64,000 nucleotides of DNA from the human T2T-CHM13v2.0 reference genome, Homo sapiens (GCF_009914755.1 NC_060927.1), one strand, 5' to 3'; positions 27,256-41,495 are shown, counted from the stretch's first letter. The notes: a model not told the origin generated them from the letters alone. Translations and numbers: made by a program.

Positions 27256-28669
27256 GATGTATTGGCTGAAATAAAAAGGAGGGAAAGGGAAGCACATGTT
27301 AAACAGATTGAGAAAGGAGCAGAGGCCTCATCAGATTGTTAAATAATAGGTTTTGCCTTCAGCCTTGACCATGCTAGGCTTTATTCTTCTAAGTGAAATT
27401 ATGGGCATATGATAGCATTTAAATCATGACTAAGGTTCTAAGATCAGTTCAATCAATGCAGGGCATCCAACGAGTTTATCATGTATATAATGCCTCCTTT
27501 TCTCTCTCTGTAAAATGGGTTTTCTAAATTGCTATCCCAATGAAACTGAGTAAGAAATATCTTCAGATTTTCCACATGCTGAACGGCACATGGATCATAC
27601 TAAAAGTTTAATCCAAGCGGGGATTTGGCTTGCCCAAGTTAGAATTTAATAAAATTAAGCCTGGAGCTTCTTGTATTTCTATCCACTCAGATCCCTGAGG
27701 CCTTGCCATTGTGTTACTGCTGCTCAGAACTAACTCTCCACCTTCGTCTTGAACTCCTTATAATAAATCCTTTCAATCCTGAACCATTCAGGCACACCCT
27801 CTTCCTCCACCTCTATGAAGTGTTTCCTGTCAGATTCTTTCTTCCCAGTCCTTATTAGTCATTAGTCGGCATTACTTATCACTGTTGATTATAGCAATGC
27901 TTATTGCTGACTATAGAAGAAAATTGTGTGTCTTCAAGATGACAGCATCTAACCTTAAAGAGGGATCACTGGTGAAAATTCTTGTCTGTAAGGTGTGGAC
28001 AATAGCGAAGGTACCAGGTGATTAGACTTGACATTTTGGGGGATAGTAGGGAGAAAGGTTACAATTTATTTCTAGAAAACATTTTGGTGTTCTTCCCAGT
28101 GATTAGAAAATGCTTAAAATCATATTTGATTTGAATAAAAGACACTGCATACTTAGAGAAACACAAAGGATTAAATATCTCACAGTTTACTTTTCAGAGG
28201 ACATCTCATTAATTATCTAATTTGATTCTTACTAACAGAGTACCTCATAAATTAGCCAGGACTAATCATTAAGCATAATTTTCAAAGTGAGGAAACTGCA
28301 TCATAAAGGAAAAAAAGAAAAGAAAAAGGAGGTACCATTTTTATTATCTCTCTGCCATTGCTTTATTGGGGACTGGCACTGTGAGAGTTAAAGCCTTAAA
28401 TAATGCATGTGAAGGCTGCAGGCCTGGCATACCTACACCTACCATGGGATGTGCAATCCACGGGATAACTGAGCTACACCTAAATTTAAACATCTTGAGA
28501 CTCAGGGAGTCTCATAAATGTTTTGTAAGTGGTCAATGTTAGTTGCAACATAAAATTCTTACCTTTATTAAGTTCTTCAACCCAGATCAACTTGAAAATA
28601 GAAACTGATTAAAGAAAATTACAGTGCCTTGTTTGGCCTTATCACCTCTGATTTAGAATAATTACTTAA

Positions 28670-28830
28670 TAAACATTATTAATTTATTCCTTCATTTAGC
28701 CAACAATTATTGAGCTCTGCTGATTTCCAGCTACTATTTCAGCTGCTGGTGGTTCAGTAATAGACAATATAGGCAAGATTTGTACTCTCTTAACACATAT
28801 GTTCTAGCGGGTGACAAGTAATTGAAGATA
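28670..28830 (-). mobile_element. L2 3' end fragment
   Basis: ATTTATTCCTTCATT...TTATTGAGC tail pattern. Confidence 0.5.
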
Positions 28831-29344
28831 TTAGGCATTAATTATGGCCTGATGGCTTCAAGGAAAGAAGAAACAGGTAGTAAATCACCAGCCCCGGGAT
28901 AAAATTGCTATTCTGTGGTGATACTTAATCCAGTATGAGTACCACCTTTACCCAATTAGAGAAGGTTTGACTGCGACAGGGGAAGGTGGCCTGAGCACAG
29001 TTGAGCACAGCTGGGAGGAAAGTGGGACAACATGGTTGATTTAAATATTTGATCAGAAAATAGGTGAATTTTTGGCTTGTTCTTAAGTTTCCAGTTGACG
29101 TTTCAAATCATTGAATTAAAATCTTAAAGCTGGACCTTTTTAAGTGTCTTCATCAGATGTCCTGATCTAAACTCTTTACTGTAATGACATCAACAATGGG
29201 CCCTAGACATATCCAAGGAAGTCATTTATAAAGTACCTTGAATAATGCTTAGCACATATCACATTCTTAATAAATGTACATTTCTGTATCTATTTTCAAG
29301 AACTGGTGGAATCCTACAGGATTATGTTAGGATCAAGGACTGGC

Positions 29345-29652
29345 TTTTTTTTTTTTTTTTTTTTTCCTGAGACACGGTCTTACTCTGTCACCCTGGCTGG
29401 AGAGTGCAGTGGTGTGATCTTGGCTGACTGCAACCTCCGCTTCCCTGGTTCAAGTGATTCTCCCACCTCAGCCTCCTGAGTAGCTGGGGTTACAGGCAAC
29501 TGCCACCACACCCAACTAATTTTTATATTTTTAGTAGAGACAGGGTTTCAACATGTTGGCCAGGCTGGTCTCGAACTCCTGACCTCAAGTAATCTCCCTG
29601 CCTCAGCATCCCAAAGTGCTGGGATTACAGGCATAAGCCGCCATGCCCAGCC
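29345..29652 (-). mobile_element. AluS (AluSz-like)
   Basis: T21 tail, full dimer, TSD AGGACTG(G/A)C at 29336-29344 and 29653-29661. Confidence 0.95.
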
Positions 29653-31826
29653 AGGACTGACATATTATATTCAGTGTGTAGCGGCAGGTGTGTTATTCAT
29701 CTATTAATTTGTTATGAGAACAACTTCCTCAAGCTATTCTTGCTAGCTGGAAAGGGGCCTAAACTAGGAAATGAGAAATCTAGATTCTAGTCTTCTTGTA
29801 CAACCTGAACAAGTCATTAATTCCTTAAATTCACTGTTCTTGTCATTAAAAAGATAATATTTAACTTACCTCCTTTATGGAAATGCTGTGTGGTTTGGAT
29901 ATAAAAGTTAAATAAATGTAAAAGTTAAATAAAATATGAAACACTGGACTAATATTAAGTCATCCTAGTAGTCTATAAACATAAAAATTGAGTATGTTAA
30001 TAGGTTTATAGCTAGGCTAGTATTCATGTCCATCATTCATTGGTATTTCCAAATACCTCTTTCAGTTATACCTTGCCTTCAATGCAAGAGATCCATAGAC
30101 TCCATTTCAGGGACCATGCAGACAGGCTTATGAATATGTCCCCCATCATGTCATATCCTCAAAGAAAGGAAACCCTAATAATGGTGCCTGGAATTGAGAG
30201 CTAGACACTGTTGGTATGGTCGTGCTGTTGAGCATGTAAAAGCAGCTTCTATCTTTAAGTTGGTTATTAGGTTAATAACTTTTTTAAAATGGAGGGCTAA
30301 AAAAATATGTAATTTGCTATAAAGCACAAGGTGATTTGGGGTCAGAGTGATTCTCTTCTTTATCCATTATAGTCATTGTAGGATTCCAAATATTTAGTGC
30401 CATATTGAGCACAGATACACACAACAGCAACCCTTGGTTTTATATTTACCTGGAGAACCAATTTGAGATTTATGTTTGCTCTCTATTAATGGTGGATTTT
30501 TTAAAATGAAAGCAGAATACTAATAAATTTCCTCTGCTTTCTCTGGTCTGTATTATCTATGAATATTTGAATCCCCTTACCTTCACTATCCCCTTTGCAT
30601 AAGAATTTTGCTGCTTTGAGAAGATAGAGGACACAATATTAAAATATATGTGTGGAATCCAAGGCAGCTGATGGAGATGGCAGCAATTTTGAATGACTTC
30701 ATCAAGTATGACATTTTTTAGCAATATGTTATAAAAGCTGTAACATAATATGGCATAAAGATAGATAGGTCGTTCATCAATATTTCCTTGAAACCAGCAT
30801 ATATACAGTTTCACATTAATTATTTGACATGTCAGGTGGAGTTGCTGCCTGCTGGGGAACATCAGTTAGGTGTTGTTTTGTAAGCTTTTCATTTGCTAAT
30901 ACAAAAGTTGCAACGACATAGCTTGGTTCACACTGAAATAAATGTTTCATTGGGTATCCAGGAACTTTTTCTGTTTTATTATTTATTAGAGGCCACAAGG
31001 GCCTATAGAATGTCACTGAACATGCCAGAAGTAAGCCCCAAGCTCTGAAGTCATGTGCCAGAGCTAGTAATGCAATAAGATAGTGTGGTATGAGAAAAAC
31101 AAAATAGATAAGACTAAATTTTCTTTCATGCAGTGGTTCAGTAGGAGTACATTTACTATTTGACTTTTCTACTTGTAATGTAAGAGGTTTCTAGGTAAAA
31201 GATCTGATATTTCGCCAAATTACCTTGTTTATAATTTCACCAAAATCAAGTCACAGAAAAGCAAACTGAAAACTACTTGGGCATATTATTCTGTTATTTT
31301 AATCAACCACGTTTTTAGAAGCAGTTGTCTTATATGACACTAACCAGCACTGTTTTCTACATGGCTCACTAGAGAAAAACAAAACAAAATAAACAACAAC
31401 AACAGCAAAAACTATTATATTACAGCCATCTTTAAGACAAAGATCCCCAGCTATATAGCCAGAAAAGTCTAGAAGTTTAGATGATTCTCTAGGTTAATTT
31501 TTTTCATAGTGACTCTTCTGAGTTAAATACTTTTTCTCTGTTTTTTTTTCTTCTATTACCACAGCTTAATACCACTCTTATGTGGGAAAGTCTCCTCACA
31601 AAATATCTGCATGATGAGGATAATGCCTTATCTTTGGGTTGCCAGAGCCTAGCAGATGGAGAACTTTGCACTGAGGAGAAAATAAAAACAAGGTATGTTT
31701 GGTTCAATGGACATATTTGTTCCACTTAATTACTGTGAAAGGTATGACTCCTTTCTGAACACATGATCCAATCATTTGCATGAAGGACAGGCAAATACCT
31801 ATAAAACTCAAGGGAGGTATCCTTCT

Positions 31827-34800
31827 GGAGTGACATCAGCAGAATAGGAGTTTCCAGAACTTGTTCCATCACAGAAACATATATTTGAACAACCATTAAT
31901 GAATGAAGATACCTTCACAAGAACTAAGGAATCTAAATAAAAGATTATAGTATCTGGATGCAGCACAAATGTGAGAAAAGTCACTTTGAAGACACTAGGA
32001 AGGACAATTTCACACTACCCCCTTCCCATGACCCCTTGCAGTATGGCTCAAAGAGAAATACTCTCCATGTGGAGGAAGAAAGTGAAGTGGGCACCTGAAT
32101 TTGTCTTTGATCCCAGCAACAGGCCCATTCCAGTGAAACCAAGAAACAGACCATCCTACTCCCTAGCCCCCAGACACACTCCAAGTAAACCTCAGAGTAA
32201 GACCAGGCCTTGCATCCCCATGCTCCAGGACCACCTCAGTACCAGGTTAGCTCCCATGACCCCAGGCTCCAAACCAGCATCCATGGAGCCGAACTCTAGA
32301 TCCAACCTAGTTCCAGGCTGACTCCTGTGGCCTTGGCCCCAGGCAGGTGCCTATGGCCCCAGGATAAAGAACTGCTTTTGTGGATCCAGGCTCTAGAACC
32401 ATCTTCTTGGATCCAGACACAAGGCTTACACAAGGGGACGCTGGCACTAAGTCAGCACTGTGGACTCAGAACCATGCAGATCCTCATGGACACAGGTACT
32501 AGGCCTGCTTCAGTGATAGTTGTGCCTCTGTGAACCTAAGTTCAAGGCCTGGCCCAGCACCAGGTCAGTTCTCATGGACCCAGGCTTCAGTTCAGCTCCC
32601 ATGTACCTAAGTTCCAAGTACTCCCCAATGACTCCAGTCACCAGGCCCATCACAGAGGACTCTAGTGCCATGCTGACCCTCATGGACCGAGATTACAGGC
32701 AAGTTCCCTCAGACCTAGGCTCTAGAACCATACAACAAATCCAAGCTTCAGGCCTGCACCAGTGGACCCAGGCTCTGGGCCTGTCCCGACAGACAAGGTA
32801 CTAGACTGGCCCATGTGTAGCTAGGCACCAGACCCATCAGCCCACTGATGCAGGCACTAGGCCAGCATGCTTGAAGAATTTAGGCAGCAAGTATACATTT
32901 AGGCCCCACTAGCCAGCCCACCCAGAATCTCTAGATAAGATTGCTGAAGAAGTGCTTTCCTGCCAAAGCTAATCTGTAAAGACTTAAAGAGGTGCTTATT
33001 TCTTCGAACACACAAGGCACCAATTCAGGACCACCAGGAGGGTCAGGAATAATCAGAGATACATGACACCACCAAAGGAAAAATATAAAAGCACCTGTAT
33101 AAGGAAATGGAGAACTATTAACTACCTGACAAAGACTCCAAAATAATCTTTTTTAAGAAGCTCAATGTATTACAAGAGACTGCAGATATATAACAAAACG
33201 AAATCACAAAAACAATACAAGAAATAAGTGTAAAGTTCAACGAAGGTATAGCAACCATAAGAAAGAACCAAACACAAGTTCTGAAGGAGGACACAATTAC
33301 TGAATTAAAATATGTAACAGACAGCTTCAACAGCAGATGCAATCAATAATAAGAATTAGCAAACTCAAAGTCAAGTCATTTGAAATCAACCAGGCAAACA
33401 AACAAACATACAAAAAAGAACAAAAATAAATGAAGAAAGCCTATAGGACTTATAGGGTGCCATCAAATGGACCTATATAAGCATTATAGAAGCTCTAAAA
33501 GGAGCAGAAATAAGAAATAATCTGGTTGTTTAAAAAAACAATAATAGAAAACTTCAAATATGGAGAAGAAAATGAACATCTAGATTCATGTTGCCAAAAG
33601 GACCCCAAATAGGTTAAAAATAAATAGATCTTCACTGAGACACATTATAATCAAACTTTCAAATGTCAAAGGCAAACAGAATTGTGTAAGAAGCAAGAGA
33701 AAAGTTATTCATCAAATACAAGGGAGCTCCCCAAGACTATCAGTAGGTTTCTCAACAAAAACATTGTATGCCAGGAGAGAGTGAGATAATATATTCAAAG
33801 TCTGAAAGAAAGCAACTACCAACCAAAAATAATATGCCCAGCAAATATGTCCTTCAGAAATGGAGAAATTAAAAAGACTTTTCAAAACAAACAAAAGCCA
33901 AAGCTGCTCATCACCAGTAGGCAACCTTTACAAAATGTGCTAAAGCTAGTTCTTCAAGTGAAAATAAAAGGACTCTAACTTAAAACATGAAAACATATGA
34001 AAGTATAAAACTCATTGTAAAAGTAAGTATGTAGTTAAATTCAAAATAATCTAATACTACAATTGTGATATATAAATCACTTTTAACTCTAGCATTAAAT
34101 TTCAAAGACAAAAATATTAAAAATTACTGTAGCTACAATAATTTGTTAATGGATACACAATGTGACATCAAAAACATAAAATATATAGGGAGAAGTTAAA
34201 TGATAGAATTTTTGTATGCTGTCAAAGTTAAGCTGTTAGCAGCCTCAAGTAGACAGTTATAACTATAAGTAGCTTTGTGTAAGCCTTGTGCTAAAAGACC
34301 TTTACACATACACAAAAGAAATCAAAACCTACCACAACCAAATATTATCTAATCACAACGGAAGACAGCAAGAGAGAGAGAAGGAAGAAACTCCAAAAAA
34401 ATCAGAAAGCAATTAATAAAATGGAAATATTAAGTTCTTAACTATAAAGTACTACTTTAAAGGTAAATGGAATAAATTACCCAATCAAAAGACATAGAGT
34501 AATTGACAGACCACAAAAAAAAAAGAAGAAGAAGGAGACCCAACTATAAGAACTATATGCTGCCTACGAAATCCTCACTTTACCTTTAAGAACACAGATA
34601 AGCTAAAAGTGATGGGATAGAAAAAGATAAACCATGCAAATAAAAACCAAGCAGATTGGAGATGGCTATACTTAAATAAGACAGAGTAGTCTTTTAATCT
34701 TCAAAAATTTTAATAAGAAACAAATTTATTATGTAATTATAAAGGGGTCAATTCATCAACAGGGTTTAAGAATCATAAATATGTACATGCCCAACATCAA

Positions 34801-36892
34801 AGCACCTAAATATATAAAACAAATATTAATAGAACTGGAGGGAGAAATTGATGGCAATACAATAATGTACAGGACTTCCATACTTCACTTTCAACAATAA
34901 ATATCCAGACAGAAAACTTATTTTAAAAAACAAGAGTGGGCTTGAACAACACTGTAGAATAAATGGACCTAACAGATATATACATTATAAATACACAACA
35001 GAAGAACACATATTCTTCTTAGGTGCACATGAAACATTCTACAGGATAAATAACGTGTGAGACCACAAAACAAACCCTAACAAATGTAAAAAGATTGAAA
35101 TCATTTCAAGTATTTTTTCCAACAACCATGGTATGAAACCAGAAATAATAACTAAATATGCAAATTTTACATATATGTGAAAATTAAACAACACATTTTT
35201 GAGCAACCAATGAGTTGAAAAAAGTCAAAAGATAAAAAGTATCTTGAAATAAATAAAAAGGGAATCACAACATAGAAAAACTTACGTGTTGTAGCAAACA
35301 CAGTTCTAAGAGGACAGTTTATAGCAATAAATTTATATACTAAGAAAAAAATAAAGATCTCAAGTAAACAACCTAACTAAATACCTCAAGGAAGTAGTAA
35401 AAGTAATAAAATAAATTCAAAATCAGCAGAAGGAATGAAATAAAAATCACAGCAGAAATAAATGAAACACTGACTAGAAAAGCAATTGAAAATATGAACA
35501 ATTTTGAAAATGTCAAACATTTAAAAAATGTTTTGAAAACAACATTTTTAAAACAATACTGAAAAATCTTTAGGTAGACTAAGAGAAAAAGAAAATAATG
35601 CTCAAATAATATAAAATTATAAATGGAAGAAGAGACATTGCAACTGATACCGCAGAAATATAAATGTGTTTAAGAGACTACTACAAACATTTATATGCTA
35701 ACAAATTGTATAATCTAGAACACATGTATGAATTCCTACAAACCCACAACCTATGAAAACTGAATCAGAGGAAATAGAAAATGTGAACAGACCAATCACC
35801 AGTAAGAAAATTCCATCAGTAATCAAAAACCTTCCAACAAAAGAAATCTCAAAACCTGATGACTTTACAGGTGAATTATACAAGACATTTAAAGAAGAAT
35901 CCACACAAAACTTTCTCACACACTACCAAAACTTTGATGAGGAGGAAACAGTTCCAAACTAATTTTATGAAGTTAGAATTACCCTAATACCAGTTATAGA
36001 CAATGACATCACAAGAAAAGAAAATTATGTAGGCCAATATGCCTGTTGAACGCAGATGCAGAAACCCTCAATAAAATTCTAGCAATAAAATTTAACAGCA
36101 AATTAAAAGGATCATAAACCAACATCATGTGGGATTTATCTATGGGATGCAATGATGATGTTTCAACATACACAAATAAATGAATGTGATAAACCACATT
36201 AACAGAATGAAGGCTAAAAATAATATGACCACCTCAATAGATGAACAAAAAGCATTTGACAAAATTCAATATCCATTCATAATTAAAACTCTCAACAAAT
36301 TAGAATAGAGGAATTGTATCTCAACATAAAAAGGCCATATATGACAAGCCCACAGGTAACTTCATATACAACAGTAAAAAGCTGAAAGCTTTTTATCTGA
36401 AATCAGGATGCCCAACCTGATCATTTCTATTCAATTCAGTATTTATAGTCCTACACAGAGCAATTAGGCAAAAAAAAAAAAAAAGAAAGAAAAAGGAAAA
36501 GAAATAAAAGATATCTGACTTGCAAAGAAAAGTAAAACTGTCTATTTGCAGATAATATTTTATATATGTATAATCCTTAAGATTCCACTAAAAATCATTA
36601 GCTCTAATAAGATCAGTAAAATTGCAGGGTACACTAGCCATCAGTTGTGCTTCTTTACACTAACAACAAACTACACAACAAAGAAATTAAGAAAACAATC
36701 CAACTTAAAATAGCATTGGTAAACCCTGAGGAATAAATTTAGCTGAGGAGGTAAAAGAACTATATACTGAAAAATCATAAAACAGTGGTGAAAAACACTG
36801 AAAAAGACAGAAATAAATAAAATGATATTTCATGTTTATTAATCAAAATAATTAATATTTACTTAAATGTCCATACAACACAAAGCAATCTA
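31827..36892 (+). mobile_element. Old L1 (L1M3/L1MA9-type 5' end) with 5'UTR, ORF1 and ORF2 through RT; 3' end missing
   Basis: 5' motif GGAGTGACATCAGCAGAATAGGAG. Repeat-rich 5'UTR. ORF1 at about 33050-33960. ORF2 remnants (EEIENVNRPITSKKIPSVIKNLPTKEISKPDDFTGELYKTFKEE; TTTGCAGATAATAT). Ends abruptly at AAAGCAATCTA. Confidence 0.9.
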
Positions 36893-37137
36893 GGCCAAAG
36901 TCTCTGAAATTCGAAGTTGATAGATTAGATTCTAAGAATGGACCATGGCTAGAAAGGAGGCAATTCAATACTTAAAATTCTGTGTTTATATTTCCAAGTT
37001 GCATTTGAGTTCATGTTTTGCTAGGATTCTAGAGTTGCTTGTTTTTTGACTTCACAGGAAAGCTGAGAAAATCACTAACATTGGGGAACTAAATAGGCTT
37101 AAATACAAGTCATCGCATTACTACCAAACTTCCCAGC

Positions 37138-38761
37138 TGTTATGGTTTGGGTGTTTGATCCCTCTAAATCTCATGTTGAAACCTAATCCCCGATATGGCA
37201 GTACAGAGTGGTGGGACCTTTAAGAGGTGCTTAGGTCATGAGGGCTCTGCTTTCTTGAATGGAGTAATCCTTTCATGTATTAATGGGTTAATGGATTAAT
37301 AGGTTATCATGGGAATGAGACTAGTGACTTTTTAAAAAGAGAGAGACTTGAGCTAACCCCACTCAGCTGCCTTGCCCTGTGATGCCTTCCATCATGTTAT
37401 GACACAACATAAGGCCCTCACCAGAGGTGACCAGGTGTAGCCACCCAGTCTTGTATATCTCAGACTCCAGAACTGTAAGAAATAAATTCTTTTTAAAAAA
37501 TAAATTACTCCACCTCAGGTATTCAGTTATAGCAAAAGAAAACAGACTAAAATAGAAAATTCATAACAGGAGTGGTGGTGTCACTATAAAGATACTTGTA
37601 AAAGTGAAAGCAGCTTTGGAATTGGGTAATGGGCAGAGGTTGCAAGAGTTTATTCTGGTGAGATCTTAGAAGATTAGGGAAAGGTTAGAACTCCTTAGAG
37701 TTTAATAAATTGTCATGACCAGAATGGTAATAGAAATATGGAAAATAAAGGATATTCTGACAAAGTTTCAGATAGAACGCTAAGAAACAAGGCATTAGAA
37801 ATTGGAGTAAAGGCTATCCATGTTATCAACTGGCAAAAAACTTGTTTGGATTGTGTTCATGCTCAAGGGCTTTATGTAATATAGAGCTCAAAAACAGCAA
37901 ATTAGAACATTTGGCAGAAGAAATATCTAAGCAGCAAAGAATTCAAGTGCTGCATCCTTTTAACTGCTTACATTGAGCTGTGAGAGGAAAAAATGAGGCC
38001 TTGAGGGCCCATCCATTGCCCCAGTGTATCCCAGAGGAGGCACATAGAGTCAAAAGAGATTATTCTCCAGCTTTACGATTTAATGTCATCCTTGTGGGTT
38101 TTAAACTTGCTTGGGGCTGGTTACTCCTCTCTTCTGTCCTTTTTCTCAATTTCGGAATGGGAATGTATAACCTGTGCCTGCTGCACCAATTCTGTCTTGG
38201 AAGCAGATAATTTGTTTTGATTTTACAGACTCCCCGATGAGATCTGGATTTTGGACTTTTAAGTTGGTGCTGGAATAAGTTAAGGCTTTGGGCCTAGAGA
38301 GATGAAATAAATATATTTTTATATAAGAAGGATGTGAGTTTTGAGAGGCCGGGGTGGGATTCAATGTTTTAAATGTGTGTCTTCTCTAAAACTCATCTTG
38401 AAACTTAATCCCCAATGTGACAGTATTGAAAGATGGGGCCTTTAAGAAGTGATTGGGTCATGACAGCTCTGACCACATGAATGAATTAACTAATTCATGA
38501 ATTAATGGGTTAATGGATTAATTGGTTGCCACAAGAATGGAATTGGTGGCTTTACAAGAAAAAGAGACCTGAGCAGAGACATTCAACCCTCTTGCCTTGT
38601 GATGCCTTTCACCAAGTTATGACAAAGCATGAGGCCCTCACAGAAGCCAACCAGGTGCAGCCACCAAACCTTGGACTTCTCAGCCTCTAGAATGATAATA
38701 AATAAAGCCATTTTATTTATAAATTATACAGCCTCAGGTATTCAGCTATTGCAACAGAAAA
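37138..38761 (+). mobile_element. MSTD-like MaLR element: 5' LTR 37138-37554, shortened internal region 37555-38359, 3' LTR 38360-38761
   Basis: Two direct LTR copies share ATTAATGGGTTAATGGATTAAT, TGTGATGCCTT and CCTCAGGTATTCAG. Internal region carries GCAGCTTTGGAATTGGGTAATGGGCAGAGGTTG. Purine-rich tract precedes the 3' LTR. Confidence 0.9.
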
Positions 38762-39361
38762 TATAAATAATATAAATATATTATATATATTTAATATATA
38801 TAATATAAATATATTATATATATTTAATATATATAATATAAATATATTATATATATTTAATATATATAATATAAATATATTATATATATTTAATATATAT
38901 AATATAAATATATTATATATATTTAATATAAATAATATAAATATATTATATATATTTAATATAAATAATATAAATATATTATATATATTTATATAAATAA
39001 TATAAATATATTATATATATTTATATAAATAATATAAATATATTATATATATTTAATATAAATAATATAAATATATATTTAATATAAATAATATAAATAT
39101 ATATTTAATATAAATAATATAAATATATATTTAATATAAATAATATAAATATATATTTAATATAAATAATATAAATATATATTTAATATAAATAATATAA
39201 ATATATATTTAATATAAATAATATAAATATATATTTAATATAAATAATATAAATATATATTTAATATAAATAATATAAATATATTATATATTTAATATAA
39301 ATAATATAAATATATTATATATTTAATATAAATATATTTATATAAATTTATTTATATTTAT
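38758..39361. repeat. Pure A/T minisatellite (32-33-bp and 26-bp units)
   Basis: 604 consecutive bases with no G or C. Unit starts counted directly. Confidence 0.97.
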
Positions 39362-41495
39362 GTATATATAATTATTTTCTCAGAAATAAATCACAAGTAG
39401 CATAAATATTTTAGGTTATACTAATTGTGCCATGTGTTAGAGGTCCTAATGACAGGATCTGAGGTATTTTAAATATTTCAAACAAGAATTTCCTACTAAT
39501 GTTCATGGAAAAAGGTTACAGAAGAATCACAGATATCATAGTCAGCCACAGTTTTAACTGCTATAATCCAAAGAGGAGTATATGATTATGAAAAAGATAT
39601 TAAAAAAATTAGAAAATGCAAATGGATTAAACCCCAGTATCTATCATAATTAAATGTATTATTTCATAGGAAAAAGACAACATAATACAATCGGCAGTAG
39701 TAGGGAGTGATTTTTATTTTCTTCTCTATAATACTTGTACTTTCTATGTTTTTAAGCAATGTGTATTAATGTCTGACATAAGTAGAGGGAAAAAAATCTA
39801 TTAAAATCAACTTTGGCTAGATTTCCAGAAAGCTACCTCTTCTTACAGAGATTTTATTTGTGATTCTGCTATAAATCATTCCAGATGACTATGTCTTTTG
39901 GTTCATGCAATAACAAAGAGATCTTTATTTTTAACATTCAGCTGTGCATTCCTGACTTGTCCAGTTAATATTCTATTGGGACTGGCTCTCTAGAGTCTTC
40001 TTTTTGAAGCCTTAGGTAGATTCTTTGGTTAACTCAAAGGGTATAAATAGACTGCCATAAATTTGAAAATCCTCTTTATGGAATGAATGACTACCTCTTT
40101 AATTAAATTTAAAATAATTTATATTCTGGGCATGATTTTTTCAAAACATTATTAGTTTATTTAAATTTTCTTGTTGTTTTATTAACTTCATTAGTCTCAT
40201 CATAAACAGCATCTCCAAATGTAACATATGCTAGAAAATTTTGTGTCTTGAAAGCATAGCTATGAAGTAATCTCAGGCAGGGTCAGAAAAAGTAGTTGGG
40301 CTATCATTTACTTGCTTCAGCCATCCTTACTCATTCAAATTATTAGTCTGCTCAAGGCAAAGTAGTAAAGGAATCAAATGTGATCATTAGTGGTCCTCCA
40401 CTCTTTCACCCAATAGCATCCTTTTGTCTTGAGAGCCTCAGGATTCCCCTAATCAGGCAACCACCTTTCAGCTTTACTCCTTAGACAATATCTCAAAAGC
40501 TGTATCATGTAATACTTCCTCCAGCTACTGACAAAATTCCCTGTTCTATAAATTCTGAGGAACCATGTTCTCTCCAGTCCATGGTGCTGGAGAGCTAAGT
40601 AGATGAACCAATTCAGGCTGTTATTAAAAAGAAAGCAGCTATTTCAATATCTTTTTTCTTCTGAATACATAAAAACTTCAATGACTGTTTTAATATACAC
40701 AGCATGCTTACTCAAAGCTTTAGTCTAGTAATGGAAATTCCAATAAACAAAGGGAAAAAAATGACCAAAAGACAAATGTGGATTATATTTTTAAGAAAGG
40801 ATGGTCTCATATTGAATCTCAATGCTCCTCCAAAATAGGAGGGGAAGGTCTTTTTCTATCTATAACTCTATAAAACTCAGAGGCACAAGATCTGAGTTGA
40901 AAACAGAAGCCCTTTCGTTCACTACAAACTGCCACTTCACAAGATAAACTATGCTAACTGCATAATTTAGTCATTTATTCTTAAAACTTTCTGTCACATA
41001 ATTGAATCATCTGCAAATAGACAATGACCATCTATGTTACATGATTTCATGATTATGGTATGCCTTTATAGATATATTTTCTTATACAGGAAAATATCAC
41101 TACTCCATTCCCAAATGCCTGAGAAGGTGCTCAAATTATAGAAACACAGATTGCACAGCAACTAAAAAGGATTTTAAAGATGAACAAATAATAATAGGGA
41201 GGTTATATGACATTAGTCATTAGACAGTGTCAGGGGTGAGTTAAAACTCTTAACTGCTTTTTCTTACTACTCCACTCAATTTACAAAAATTAAGATCTGA
41301 TAGGAATGAGTGAGAATACTATTGTATGTGAGGACTGAAAGCTCTGGAAGTAGCAAAGATTCTTCTGCCTAGTTCACAGAACTGACTAGAATGTACCAGG
41401 GCATTTCTTAACTCACCTTCTATTTAACCTCACATCCTTCAGCTTGGAAAATATCTTGTAAGGTGAGTTTTACAAGATGTCTTGTGAGAGAGAGA

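Noticed and set aside
31971-32804. Three consecutive + strand ORFs
   Set aside because: By-products of the GC-rich tandem repeats in an L1 5'UTR; no protein family features.
38758-39361. CRISPR-like or coding repeat array
   Set aside because: Units are contiguous with no unique spacers, and the context is a primate genome; it is a simple AT VNTR.
41410-41470. 10-bp inverted repeat AACTCACCTT/AAGGTGAGTT giving donor-like sites on both strands
   Set aside because: Short enough to arise by chance; no matching acceptors identified.
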